Shown piece after piece: positions 16,420 through 25,332 of a stretch of 55,467 nucleotides of DNA (position 1 is its first letter; every line of letters begins with the position of its first letter). Position numbers and translations under genes: made by a program. The stretch spans positions 1 to 55,467 of IMG/VR virus record IMGVR_UViG_3300027732_000027; one strand, 5' to 3'. The notes under the pieces are model-generated. The model ran no database searches and had not been told where the DNA came from. It saw only the letters and a program-made list of their open reading frames with translations. The DNA comes from a virus (lineage: Duplodnaviria > Caudoviricetes).

Positions 16420-16751
16420 GTGACTATACACCTGACAAATGGATAGTTGTTAGAATTACTGGAAAAGATACTCCACCAGTCCATAAAGTTTTTGCTTGTT
16501 GGTATGGTGGATATCTTGGCTCTGATTCTTGGAAACTAAACAGTGGCATCACAAGAGCATATGAAGAAGGGCATTGTTTCATGTTTGACGGAAGCAGTGG
16601 CTCTACCTATGCTTGTCATAAGGCACAATATGGAACGAATGGCTATGGGCAGGGTGTTCTTGTTAACATGATTGCTAATGCTGGAATGAATGGTGTCACT
16701 ATAGAACTTATGCCCGAAAACACTAACTGGTTGGAGATAAACTATGAATAA
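16416..16751 (+). CDS. Conserved phage hypothetical protein
   Basis: W.GGYLG.DSWKLNSGI motif. Confidence 0.75.
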   Translation: MSDYTPDKWIVVRITGKDTPPVHKVFACWYGGYLGSDSWKLNSGITRAYEEGHCFMFDGSSGSTYACHKAQYGTNGYGQGVLVNMIANAGMNGVTIELMPENTNWLEINYE

Positions 16752-16944
16752 ACCTACATCGTGGACAATTACACTTGAAGCAGCAGAAGATGGGAGTGGA
16801 GATTTAGTTCTTCCTCTTACTGATGAAATTATGGAGAGTGCTGGTTGGAAAGCTGGTGATACTCTTAACTGGATAGATAATAAAGATGGCACATGGATAT
16901 TAAAGAAAGTGGAAAATGAACCATCAACTAATCCCACTGAATGA
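16744..16944 (+). CDS. AbrB/MazE-like DNA-binding protein
   Basis: LVLPL..EI...GW..GD.L.W pattern. Confidence 0.7.
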   Translation: MNKPTSWTITLEAAEDGSGDLVLPLTDEIMESAGWKAGDTLNWIDNKDGTWILKKVENEPSTNPTE

Positions 16945-17062
16945 TAAAGAAGAAGCAATTCTTGCATTAATGCAAAGAGTTAGCGAGTTAGAATATGAAA
17001 ATTCTAATTTGAAAGATGAACTTAAACTATTAAAATTATTCGCACAGGAGCAAGACTTATGA
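16916..17062 (+). CDS. Small coiled-coil protein (48 aa)
   Basis: Translated by hand; coupled to the next ORF. Confidence 0.5.
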   Translation: MNHQLIPLNDKEEAILALMQRVSELEYENSNLKDELKLLKLFAQEQDL

Positions 17063-17376
17063 AATATACACTAATTGCTGAAGATGAATTTGGTGGTTCA
17101 ACAACCACTCGTGAATTTAATGCAGATTCTCTAACATATGTTTTAACTGAAATAGAATTGTTCTTAAAGGGAGCAGGGTTTGTCTTTGATGGTAATCTTG
17201 ATTTTGTAGATGACTTTGCTGAACAAGATTGGGATGCACCCATTGAAGATTGGGATGCACCCATTGACTATGATACCATGGATCTTCCAAGTAACAATTG
17301 GCCATTCACTGGTGCGGGTTCTGATGCAGAAATTACTCACTCAAAGCATTATTTTGATACAGAAAGAAACAAATGA
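17059..17376 (+). CDS. Acidic hypothetical protein
   Basis: FLKGAGF motif; internal DWDAPI duplication. Confidence 0.75.
   Translation: MKYTLIAEDEFGGSTTTREFNADSLTYVLTEIELFLKGAGFVFDGNLDFVDDFAEQDWDAPIEDWDAPIDYDTMDLPSNNWPFTGAGSDAEITHSKHYFDTERNK
17225..17267 (+). repeat. 21-bp tandem duplication
   Basis: AAGATTGGGATGCACCCATTG twice, in frame. Confidence 0.85.
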
Positions 17377-17762
17377 CTAAAGTTTTCACAGACGTACAAG
17401 TCTTCATGAGAGCATGCGACCATTTTTATCCACACATTCCTACTAAACCAACAGCGTTATCAAATTTATATAAGTCTTTAATAAAAGAAGAGCAAGAAGA
17501 ATTTTGGGCTGCTGTCGAAGCATCAGATGATACTGAACAATTAGATGCTTGTTTTGATATGATTTGGGTTATTGTTGCATATGCACTATCACGTGGATGG
17601 GATATTAACAGTGCTTGGGATGAAGGAGCTAAATCTAATTTATTTAAAATTGATCAATTATCTGCACGTGTTGTCAGAAATGAAAATGGTAAAGTTTTAA
17701 AGCCAGAAGGATGGGTTCCTCCGAACTTTGAAAAGTTTACAAAAATATCAGGTAATGATTAA
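17373..17762 (+). CDS. MazG-like NTP pyrophosphohydrolase
   Basis: LIKEEQEE...EQLDACFD...SN..K...GKVLKP. Confidence 0.85.
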   Translation: MTKVFTDVQVFMRACDHFYPHIPTKPTALSNLYKSLIKEEQEEFWAAVEASDDTEQLDACFDMIWVIVAYALSRGWDINSAWDEGAKSNLFKIDQLSARVVRNENGKVLKPEGWVPPNFEKFTKISGND

Positions 17763-18216
17763 CACTATAATTTATCTAGAAGTAGATGATGTTATTTGTG
17801 ATGTTAAATCTATGCATAATGAAATTTCATTAGGTTTACCTTATAGTTTTTTAAATCCAATGCCTGATGCTAAAGAATTGTTTAATTATTTACAATGTTT
17901 AAGGCATATTGATATTCAAATACTAACTTGTGTTAGTAGTTCTGACGAAATTAAAGAACATGAACTAAAAATAGAAAAAAAGAACTGGTTAGATCAGCAA
18001 AATCTATTTTATCAAACTAATTTTGTTCGTACACATGAAGAAAAACTAAATTTTGCAAATAAAAACTCTATTTTAGTTGATAATTCTATTGAATGTATAA
18101 ATCTTGTTGAAAAATCTGGCGGATATGGTGTTTTACACACGGATAGCACTAATACTATCTTGAAAATCGAAAATATATTCAAAAAAATACAATATTTTAT
18201 ATCTCAAACCACTTAA
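17755..18216 (+). CDS. Degenerate HAD 5'(3')-nucleotidase-like protein
   Basis: Paralog of the next gene; motif I is LEVDDV instead of LDMDGV, and LVDN replaces LVDD. Confidence 0.65.
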   Translation: MINTIIYLEVDDVICDVKSMHNEISLGLPYSFLNPMPDAKELFNYLQCLRHIDIQILTCVSSSDEIKEHELKIEKKNWLDQQNLFYQTNFVRTHEEKLNFANKNSILVDNSIECINLVEKSGGYGVLHTDSTNTILKIENIFKKIQYFISQTT

Positions 18217-18228
18217 TTTAAAAATAGC

Positions 18229-18257
18229 TTGCCTTTAAATCAAATTTCAGGTATAAT
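18229..18257 (+). promoter_or_regulatory. Sigma70-like promoter (probably gives a leaderless mRNA)
   Basis: TTGCCT-TTAAATC-N10-TATAAT; ATG 7 nt downstream. Confidence 0.75.
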
Positions 18258-18263
18258 TAAATA

Positions 18264-18788
18264 ATGATTACACTATACTTAGACATGGATGGTGTGCTTT
18301 GCAACTTTGACAAGGCATATCGCTCTTTACGCACATATGCAGCTGACGGAAAACGCTTTCGTGCAGCTGTAATGGACTATCACATCTTTGAAGATCTAGA
18401 ATTCATGCCAGATGCACGAGAATTACTGAATTATGTCAGTGCTCTTGATGGTATCAACATTGAAATTCTAACTTCACTGGGCACTTTTGATGTCTTGCAA
18501 GGAAATGCAGCAAAATATCAAAAGATGAAGTGGCTTGATAGTAAAAATATTCCTTACAAAGCCAATTTTTCTCGATCTAAAGAAGAAAAATCAAAATTTG
18601 CTCATGACAGAGCAATTTTAGTTGATGATTCTCCAGGTTGCATCGATCCTTTTAATGTTAAGGGTGGTCATGGCATTCTGCACACAAAATCTTCTGATAC
18701 TATTCAACAAATTCACGACACTATTCGTGGAATCAATGGATTACATGCATTAAAATATGGATGGGATTCGATGGGGTCTTATGCTTGA
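18264..18788 (+). CDS. HAD superfamily 5'(3')-deoxyribonucleotidase-like protein
   Basis: YLDMDGVL, ILTS, K..W, ILVDD. Confidence 0.85.
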   Translation: MITLYLDMDGVLCNFDKAYRSLRTYAADGKRFRAAVMDYHIFEDLEFMPDARELLNYVSALDGINIEILTSLGTFDVLQGNAAKYQKMKWLDSKNIPYKANFSRSKEEKSKFAHDRAILVDDSPGCIDPFNVKGGHGILHTKSSDTIQQIHDTIRGINGLHALKYGWDSMGSYA

Positions 18789-19071
18789 TATTTTTGGACC
18801 AACTTTACAATGGATAAAAGATGATTATCGTTCTAATAACATTCGTTTCGCTGTCGAGCTTTTCGCTTGGGCTATATCTATCGGGTGCTCAATTACAATG
18901 GCAGTTACTGTCCCAAATCCTCCGCTACTTGCTCTTTATCCTGTTTGGATCAGTGGTTGTGCTATGTATGCTTGGGCTAGTTATACTCGGAAATCATTTG
19001 GCATGCTGGCTAACTACATCTTGTTAACTGCAATTGATACTGTTGGTTTAACGAGGATGTTGTGGTTATAG
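18781..19071 (+). CDS. Conserved membrane protein
   Basis: Three hydrophobic segments; RKSFGMLANY motif. Confidence 0.75.
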   Translation: MLDIFGPTLQWIKDDYRSNNIRFAVELFAWAISIGCSITMAVTVPNPPLLALYPVWISGCAMYAWASYTRKSFGMLANYILLTAIDTVGLTRMLWL

Positions 19072-19532
19072 AAACCCAAATTAATTTACCAGAAGATTTT
19101 GCTAGTAATGTTTTGTCACTTCGTGGAGTTGCAGACTCTGTGAAGAGAAGTAACAAAGGTGGATGGCAAAGTGATCGTTGTAATCGTAAAACATACCCAT
19201 GGGCAACTGAGGTTATAGATGTAGTTTGTCATATTGCGTCTATAACCTCAGACATAACTTATTGGTACAATATTAATTCAGGTACTGATTACAATGAGTG
19301 GCATGACCATGACAAAGGTAGCACTGATGAACTTTGCGGATGTCTTTACATTCAGGTTCCAGATGGTTCTGGTGACTTTCAGTATAAACTTGACAATAAA
19401 ATAATTAGCATCAAACCATATGCTGGACTTCTTATTGTATTTCCAGATGATGTATCACATTGTGTATTACCAAACACTGGTACTGGAGAAAGAGTATCAA
19501 TGGCTTTCAATTTTTGGAAAATGTTAAAATGA
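19062..19532 (+). CDS. Putative 2OG-Fe(II) oxygenase (TIGR02466-like)
   Basis: SNKGGWQS, WYNIN, HDH, FP..HCV.PN...R.S.AFN. Confidence 0.8.
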   Translation: MVIETQINLPEDFASNVLSLRGVADSVKRSNKGGWQSDRCNRKTYPWATEVIDVVCHIASITSDITYWYNINSGTDYNEWHDHDKGSTDELCGCLYIQVPDGSGDFQYKLDNKIISIKPYAGLLIVFPDDVSHCVLPNTGTGERVSMAFNFWKMLK

Positions 19533-20557
19533 ATACTGCTAAAATTGGCTTTGCTTGCAAGTGGATTGATAATGCCAGCCAAGTTGATGGTATTGGTCCA
19601 AAAGATGATGCACGTAAGTACTCCACAGGTACTACTACTATTGCTTGGCTTGGTCGTCAATCTCGAGATGTTGCTGAACAAAAACTTTATGACCTAGTCA
19701 AACAAAATCTACAGCACACACTAAACCTTGTGCTAAAGATATCAACATTGCCAGTTGGTTTGCGTATGGTTCGTCTTAGTAGCGAAATCTTACCAGTGTA
19801 CACTCATGCTGATTGGTCTTATTTTTACAAACGTGCAGATGTTATCAAATTAACAGAATACTGCTTTAGTAAAATTGGTGAGGTTGCCAGAACTGCTGGT
19901 GTTCGCTTATCTTTCCATCCAGGACAGTTTACTGTTCTTGCATCAGAGAACGATGGTATCGTTAATAACTCTATTGATGAATTTGAGTATCATGCTGACA
20001 TGGCACGTATGATGGGTTACGGTAAAACATTCCAAGACTTTAAAATCAATGTACATATTTCTGGCAAACGTGGACCAGATGGTATTCGTGCAGCTTATAA
20101 AAGATTATCAACCGAAGCACGCAATTGTATCACTATCGAGAATGAAGAAAATGCTTGGGGTCTTGATGACTCACTAGAACTTGCTGATTTGTTACCAATC
20201 GTTCTTGATGTGCATCATCACTGGTGTCGTGAAGGTGAGTGGATTGATCCAAAAGATACTCGTGTCCAATGTGTGATTGATTCTTGGCGTGGTGTTCGTC
20301 CAACTATGCATTACTCACAATCACGTGAAGATTATCTTGTTGATCATGTAACTAATACACAACCTGATATGAATTTGCTAAAAGATCAAGGATACAAAAA
20401 ACAAAAACTGCGAGCACACTCAGATTTTTACTGGAACACTGCAACAAATGATTGGGTATTGGGATTCTTACCAACTCATGATATTATGTGCGAAAGTAAA
20501 GCAAAAAATCTTGCTAGTTTTGCTTTATACGAAACTTCAAAACAAATCCCAGCATAA
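19529..20557 (+). CDS. uvsE: UV DNA damage endonuclease
   Basis: IGFAC, RLSFHPGQF, IENEE, DVHHH, HYS, AHSD, CESKAK. Confidence 0.93.
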   Translation: MNTAKIGFACKWIDNASQVDGIGPKDDARKYSTGTTTIAWLGRQSRDVAEQKLYDLVKQNLQHTLNLVLKISTLPVGLRMVRLSSEILPVYTHADWSYFYKRADVIKLTEYCFSKIGEVARTAGVRLSFHPGQFTVLASENDGIVNNSIDEFEYHADMARMMGYGKTFQDFKINVHISGKRGPDGIRAAYKRLSTEARNCITIENEENAWGLDDSLELADLLPIVLDVHHHWCREGEWIDPKDTRVQCVIDSWRGVRPTMHYSQSREDYLVDHVTNTQPDMNLLKDQGYKKQKLRAHSDFYWNTATNDWVLGFLPTHDIMCESKAKNLASFALYETSKQIPA

Positions 20558-20577
20558 ATACAATAATAGGAGATATT

Positions 20578-20826
20578 ATGCCAACTTATGTATTTCGTAA
20601 CAAAGAAACTGGTGAACAGTTTGAACAAGTGATGAGAATGTCAGAACTCGACCCATTCAGGGCAGATAATCCCCACTTAGAAACCGTAATTCAAGCAGTG
20701 GCATTTGGAGACCCAACTAAATTAAGTAATACTCGTAAATTTGATACAGGGTTTAAAGAGGTTCTACAAAGAATACACGAAAAAACTCCTGGAAGTCAAT
20801 TAAATAAATCCTCATCACAACTATAA
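20578..20826 (+). CDS. FmdB-like regulatory protein
   Basis: MPTY.F....GE.FE and GFKEVL.RI; CATAAATA late-type promoter at 20553. Confidence 0.7.
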   Translation: MPTYVFRNKETGEQFEQVMRMSELDPFRADNPHLETVIQAVAFGDPTKLSNTRKFDTGFKEVLQRIHEKTPGSQLNKSSSQL

Positions 20827-20835
20827 GGAATTCTA

Positions 20836-21603
20836 ATGGCTCGTACCTCAGCAGCAAAAAAAGTAGTAGAAGTTCATCATGAGGAACGTGATACAAAACC
20901 AGTTGCTAGTAATCAATTAAGATTAAGATTAGATAATTTAAAAACCTTTCAACCCTTAACTGAAAATCAAAAATTATTTTACGAAGCGTATAAGCGTGGT
21001 GATTATTTCGTAGCACTTCATGGTGTTGCTGGTACTGGTAAAACTTTTATTGCTCTATACAAAGCAATAGAAGAAGTTCTTGATAAATCAAATCCATTCA
21101 ACAAGATTATTGTAGTTCGTTCTGCAGTTCAATCTCGTGAGATGGGTCATCTCCCAGGAGATGTTGGTGAGAAGATGGAAATTTATGAGCAACCATATCG
21201 TCAAATTTGTCATCAACTATTTGAACGTAAAGATGCTTGGGATCGTTTAGAAGAACAAGGACATGTTCAGTTTATCTCTACATCTTTTATTCGTGGTATG
21301 TCTTTTGATAATGCAATCATTATCGTTGATGAGATGCAGAACTTAACTTATGAAGAGATCGATACAGTTATGACTCGTGTTGGTCACATGTCTAAAATTA
21401 TTTGGTGTGGCGATTATCGTCAGACTGATCTAAATAAACGTAAGAATGATGTTACTGGTATTTTAAAATTCTTTGACATTGCCCAACACATGAAGGCATT
21501 TACTAGAATTGAGTTTACTGTTGATGATATTGTTCGTTCATCGTTGGTGAAAGATTATATCTTAGCCAAACTTAAATACGAAGACTACGAGGACAAAAGA
21601 TGA
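20836..21603 (+). CDS. phoH: PhoH family ATPase
   Basis: GVAGTGKT, GHLPG, IRG.SF, VDEMQN, TRVG, GD..QTD, IVRS. Confidence 0.95.
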   Translation: MARTSAAKKVVEVHHEERDTKPVASNQLRLRLDNLKTFQPLTENQKLFYEAYKRGDYFVALHGVAGTGKTFIALYKAIEEVLDKSNPFNKIIVVRSAVQSREMGHLPGDVGEKMEIYEQPYRQICHQLFERKDAWDRLEEQGHVQFISTSFIRGMSFDNAIIIVDEMQNLTYEEIDTVMTRVGHMSKIIWCGDYRQTDLNKRKNDVTGILKFFDIAQHMKAFTRIEFTVDDIVRSSLVKDYILAKLKYEDYEDKR

Positions 21604-22220
21604 TTACATCAGATCAATTCCATCACTTATTTCCTAGAGCACAAGATCCAGAATCTTGGGTAGGCTCAATGAATAATGTATTTCCAACTTATGACATTAA
21701 TACGCCACATCGTATTGCAGCTTTCTTGGCTCAGTGTGGTCATGAGTCTGGTGGTTGGACTACATTCGAAGAAAACCTAAATTATTCTGCACAAGGATTA
21801 AATAGTATCTTCAAGAAGTATTTTCCTACACTTGAATCGGCACAACCTTATGCACGCAAACCACAAATGATTGCTAATAAAGTTTATGGTGGTCGTATGG
21901 GTAATGGACCAGAATCATCAGGTGATGGATATAAGTATCGTGGTCGTGGACCAATTCAACTAACTGGTGCTGCTAACTATAAAGCATTCGCACAAGAGAT
22001 GTTTGACGACTGGCAAAATCTATACGATAATCCAGACTGGGTTACATCAGATCGTGATTTTGCTCTTATGTCAGCTATTTGGTTCTGGAATAAAAACAAA
22101 CTTAATGTTCAAGCAGACTCTGGCGATATTAAACTAATGACCAAGAAAATCAATGGTGGTTACATTGGTCTTGAAGATCGCATCAAGCACTATAACGAAG
22201 CAATACACTTACTTGCATAA
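21600..22220 (+). CDS. Glycoside hydrolase family 19 endolysin
   Basis: FLAQ.GHES, EENLNYS, GDGYKYRGRGPIQLTG, KINGG. Confidence 0.93.
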   Translation: MITSDQFHHLFPRAQDPESWVGSMNNVFPTYDINTPHRIAAFLAQCGHESGGWTTFEENLNYSAQGLNSIFKKYFPTLESAQPYARKPQMIANKVYGGRMGNGPESSGDGYKYRGRGPIQLTGAANYKAFAQEMFDDWQNLYDNPDWVTSDRDFALMSAIWFWNKNKLNVQADSGDIKLMTKKINGGYIGLEDRIKHYNEAIHLLA

Positions 22221-22235
22221 CTTAGGAGAAATAAA

Positions 22236-22352
22236 ATGTTAGACACTCTGTTTTGGGTAGCACTTGGTGCATTCGTAGGATGGAATTTTCCACAGCCATT
22301 TTGGGCAAAGATTATTCAAGAAAAAATTCAATCAATGATTGCTAAAAAGTAA
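22236..22352 (+). CDS. Small membrane protein (38 aa) next to the endolysin
   Basis: AGGAG RBS; MLDTLFWVALGAFVGWNFPQPFWAKIIQEKIQSMIAKK. Confidence 0.7.
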   Translation: MLDTLFWVALGAFVGWNFPQPFWAKIIQEKIQSMIAKK

Positions 22353-22367
22353 TGGCTTACTGACTTA

Positions 22368-23021
22368 ATGAAAACATTTATAAATCATGATCTCCCTAAA
22401 CTACAACGTGACACCGCACCAGATGGTACGAGGGTATACAAAACCCCTTCGGGTCGAGCCTATCCCTCCGTTACAACAGTCACGGGATTGCACTCAGCAA
22501 AGGGAATCGCCGAGTGGAGAAAAAGAGTCGGAAACGAAGAAGCCAATAAAATCTCTGGAAGAGCCAGTGCAAGAGGTACAAGAATCCACTCTCTCTGCGA
22601 AGCATATCTCCGCAATGAACAATGTGAACCTGATATTTTCGATAAAGAATTATTTGGAAGTATATCACAGTGGCTCGAAGACATAGATAATATACATGCA
22701 CTAGAAGATCCGTTATACTCAGATTATCTTGAGGTAGCTGGAACTGTTGATTGTATTGGAGAGTTTCAGGGTAAGTTGTCTGTCATAGATTTTAAGACTT
22801 CTAGTAAGCCAAAAGATCGTGATGACATTCATAATTACTTTATGCAAACTGCAGCATACGCAGTTGCTTTTGAAGAAAGAACAGGAATACCTATTGGTAG
22901 ACTTGTTATTATAATGGCAGTAGATAATGATGATCCAAGATTGTTTATCGAAAAGCGTGATAACTGGATCGGTGGATTTAGGAAACTAAGACTAGATTAT
23001 AGAAATTTAAAAAATATTTAA
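22368..23021 (+). CDS. PD-(D/E)XK exonuclease
   Basis: YPSVTT, RGT.IH, AGTVDC, IDFKTS, Q..AY. Confidence 0.9.
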   Translation: MKTFINHDLPKLQRDTAPDGTRVYKTPSGRAYPSVTTVTGLHSAKGIAEWRKRVGNEEANKISGRASARGTRIHSLCEAYLRNEQCEPDIFDKELFGSISQWLEDIDNIHALEDPLYSDYLEVAGTVDCIGEFQGKLSVIDFKTSSKPKDRDDIHNYFMQTAAYAVAFEERTGIPIGRLVIIMAVDNDDPRLFIEKRDNWIGGFRKLRLDYRNLKNI

Positions 23022-23033
23022 AGGATTGCGTAA

Positions 23034-23999
23034 ATGAAATTTGTTATAGGATTGATATCGTTTTTATTATTGACACCATTAGTTTGGGCATGGCAACCAA
23101 CAAAGCCGATTACTGTGATTTTGAATATGCCAGCTGGAACACCATCTGATATCGCATTTAGGATTGTTTCAAAACAAGTTGAATCTAATACTGGCGTATC
23201 ATTTGTAATAAATTATCGTCTTGGTGCTGGTGGTACTATTGGTAATGAACACTTTGCTAAGTCTGCTCCAGATGGTTATACAACTGCTCAAATTCCAATT
23301 CCAGGATTAACTGCTACAGACAGAATGGTTAACCCAAATAAGACATATACAACAAGTGATTTTATTTACATCATGGGCAGTTCTTTTGTTCCGATGACTA
23401 TTATTGCTTCAGCTTCTGATCCAGTTAATTCAATTCAAGATCTTGTAAAAGCACTCAAGACAGAAAAAACTACCATGGGTGATCCAGGTTCGGGTGGTCG
23501 TATTACATATGAATTATTTCGTTCAGTGGCTCAACTAGAAGAAAGTACAGATCGTATTGTTCGTGTTGAATATAAAGGACCAACAGATGTCGTGCAGGAC
23601 GTTGCTTCTAAGAATATTAGGTTTGGCATAGTGCCACTTGCAGCATCAAGCCAATTGCATATTGCAGGTAAGATTAAAATTATTGCTGTTAGCAGTGAAC
23701 AACGTGCACAAGCATTTCCAGATATTCCTACGCTAAGTTCTGTTTACCCATCTATGGTATATACTTTGGGTTGGGCACTTTCTTTACCAAAAGGAACACC
23801 TCAAGATATCGTTGATTGGTACAGTAAAGAATTTGTCAAAGCTACACAATCTAAAGAAGTTCAACAAAAACTTAGTGAAAGTTTCTTCTTTATTGATCCT
23901 AAATTATTAAACTCCAAAGATCTAACTGCTAAGATTCTTGCTGACGAAAAGCGATATGCAACAATTGTTGATAAGGTTTTAGAACAACAGAAAAAATAA
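23034..23999 (+). CDS. Bug/TctC-family tripartite tricarboxylate transporter substrate-binding protein
   Basis: Signal peptide, P.KPIT, GAGGTIG, APDGYT, YKG, PDIPT, PKGTP. Confidence 0.88.
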   Translation: MKFVIGLISFLLLTPLVWAWQPTKPITVILNMPAGTPSDIAFRIVSKQVESNTGVSFVINYRLGAGGTIGNEHFAKSAPDGYTTAQIPIPGLTATDRMVNPNKTYTTSDFIYIMGSSFVPMTIIASASDPVNSIQDLVKALKTEKTTMGDPGSGGRITYELFRSVAQLEESTDRIVRVEYKGPTDVVQDVASKNIRFGIVPLAASSQLHIAGKIKIIAVSSEQRAQAFPDIPTLSSVYPSMVYTLGWALSLPKGTPQDIVDWYSKEFVKATQSKEVQQKLSESFFFIDPKLLNSKDLTAKILADEKRYATIVDKVLEQQKK

Positions 24000-24001
24000 A
24001 G

Positions 24002-24030
24002 TTGTTCTGTAAGAATACATAATGTATAAT
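24002..24030 (+). promoter_or_regulatory. Sigma70-like promoter for the tmRNA
   Basis: TTGTTC-17-TATAAT. Confidence 0.65.
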
Positions 24031-24036
24031 AGTGAT

Positions 24037-24330
24037 ATGGTTGTTTGAAGTTAACCGAAAGGTGTTGCGGACAGGGGTGCAAATCCCCTCACCTCCACCA
24101 AAAGCATAATCGATATGCACATAGCATATAGAGACATAAGAAACGTGATTATGCTTTTGATGGGGGTGTACTCAGTATTCGACGTGGCAATAAGTACGAA
24201 GATGGACAACCCGAGACAGATACTCGTTAAAAGTAAAACAAAGTAAACGCAAACGACTCACAGTTCGCATTAGCAGCCTAAACGCTGCTTAGGGTTTCGG
24301 TAGGTTTCCTCGTAACAGAATAACCTACCA
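24037..24330 (+). ncRNA. ssrA: Circularly permuted (two-piece) tmRNA
   Basis: T-arm and CACCTCCACCA (ends 24100) precede GGGGGTG..TTCGAC (starts 24162); G3.U70 acceptor; intervening hairpin; tag ORF ANDSQFALAA* at 24249-24281. Confidence 0.92.
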
Positions 24331-24355
24331 CTTTTTATAATATAAAGGAAAATAA

Positions 24356-24916
24356 ATGAAATTAAAATTAATCGTTGCTACTTCTCTGGTAGCATTCTCT
24401 GCAATCGCAACTGCGCAGTCTTCAGTAACTGCTACATATGGTGTCCAGTCTCTGGTTACTAGTGATGTGCAAAATCATGTAGTTAATTTTTCTGCAAAAA
24501 CTTCAGTTACTAAAGATATCTCAGTTGATGCTGGTATTCAAAGTACAATTGCTGATGTAGCAAACACAATCACTAATCGTTATGAACTTGGTGTTAGTAG
24601 CGGAATTAGTATTCATCCTGTACTAACTACTGATCTTCGTGTTGCAAGTGGTATGAAAGCAAAATCTGGATCTCAAGATTTTTCATATTACTCTGTAGAA
24701 CCTGGAGTTAATGCAAAGTTTGGTGATGTTACTGCTCGTGTGGCATATCGTTATCGTGATGCATTCAATACTGCCAATGCAGATCGTTCTAACTCTATGC
24801 GTTATTCTGTTGGTTACACTGTAACAAAGACAGATAAAGTTACTCTTGGTTGGGACAATGTATCAGGTGATGGTGCCAACAAGACTACTACTATCGCATA
24901 TACTCGCTCGTTTTAA
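24356..24916 (+). CDS. Outer-membrane beta-barrel (porin-like) protein
   Basis: Signal peptide, alternating amphipathic strands, C-terminal YTRSF. Confidence 0.75.
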   Translation: MKLKLIVATSLVAFSAIATAQSSVTATYGVQSLVTSDVQNHVVNFSAKTSVTKDISVDAGIQSTIADVANTITNRYELGVSSGISIHPVLTTDLRVASGMKAKSGSQDFSYYSVEPGVNAKFGDVTARVAYRYRDAFNTANADRSNSMRYSVGYTVTKTDKVTLGWDNVSGDGANKTTTIAYTRSF

Positions 24917-25065
24917 TTTGAGAGTTGATGGTCTCTTTAAAACCATTATAAATTATTGAAGTCTTTGCTCTAAGTTAGAAACCGATGCCCGATGGCTCTT
25001 GTACTAACATTAAGTGACAACAGTGATTGTATTTTATAACTGTCTTTATTTTAAAAGGTAATCCT

Positions 25066-25332
25066 ATGAAAACATTAATCGCACTAATCGCCCTTGCAGT
25101 ATCATCAATTTCTTTTGCAGCTGAACCAGCTAAGAAAGAAGAAGCAAAGGCTCCAGTAAAAGTTGAAGCAAAGACTGAAGCAAATTGCGTAACTAAAGAT
25201 AAGAATGGTAAATGTCCTGCTGCTCCAAAGTCTGAAAAGCCGACACCTAAGAAAGTAGAAGCAAAGAAAGACGAAAAGAAAGTTGTTGCCCCGAAAGTAG
25301 AAGCACCAAAAGCTGAAGCAGCAAAGAAGTAA
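25066..25332 (+). CDS. Secreted Lys/Ala/Glu/Pro-rich protein
   Basis: Signal peptide ending SFA-AE; low complexity; one Cys pair. Confidence 0.75.
   Translation: MKTLIALIALAVSSISFAAEPAKKEEAKAPVKVEAKTEANCVTKDKNGKCPAAPKSEKPTPKKVEAKKDEKKVVAPKVEAPKAEAAKK

Noticed and set aside
16744-16944. MazEF toxin-antitoxin pair
   Set aside because: The AbrB/MazE-like gene has no recognisable toxin neighbour
22368-23021. Cas4 / CRISPR adaptation module
   Set aside because: Lacks the Fe-S cysteine set; it is a common stand-alone PD-(D/E)XK exonuclease of T4-like phages, with no array nearby
23861-24120. Minus-strand ORFs over the tmRNA
   Set aside because: Antisense shadows of the Bug gene and the tmRNA
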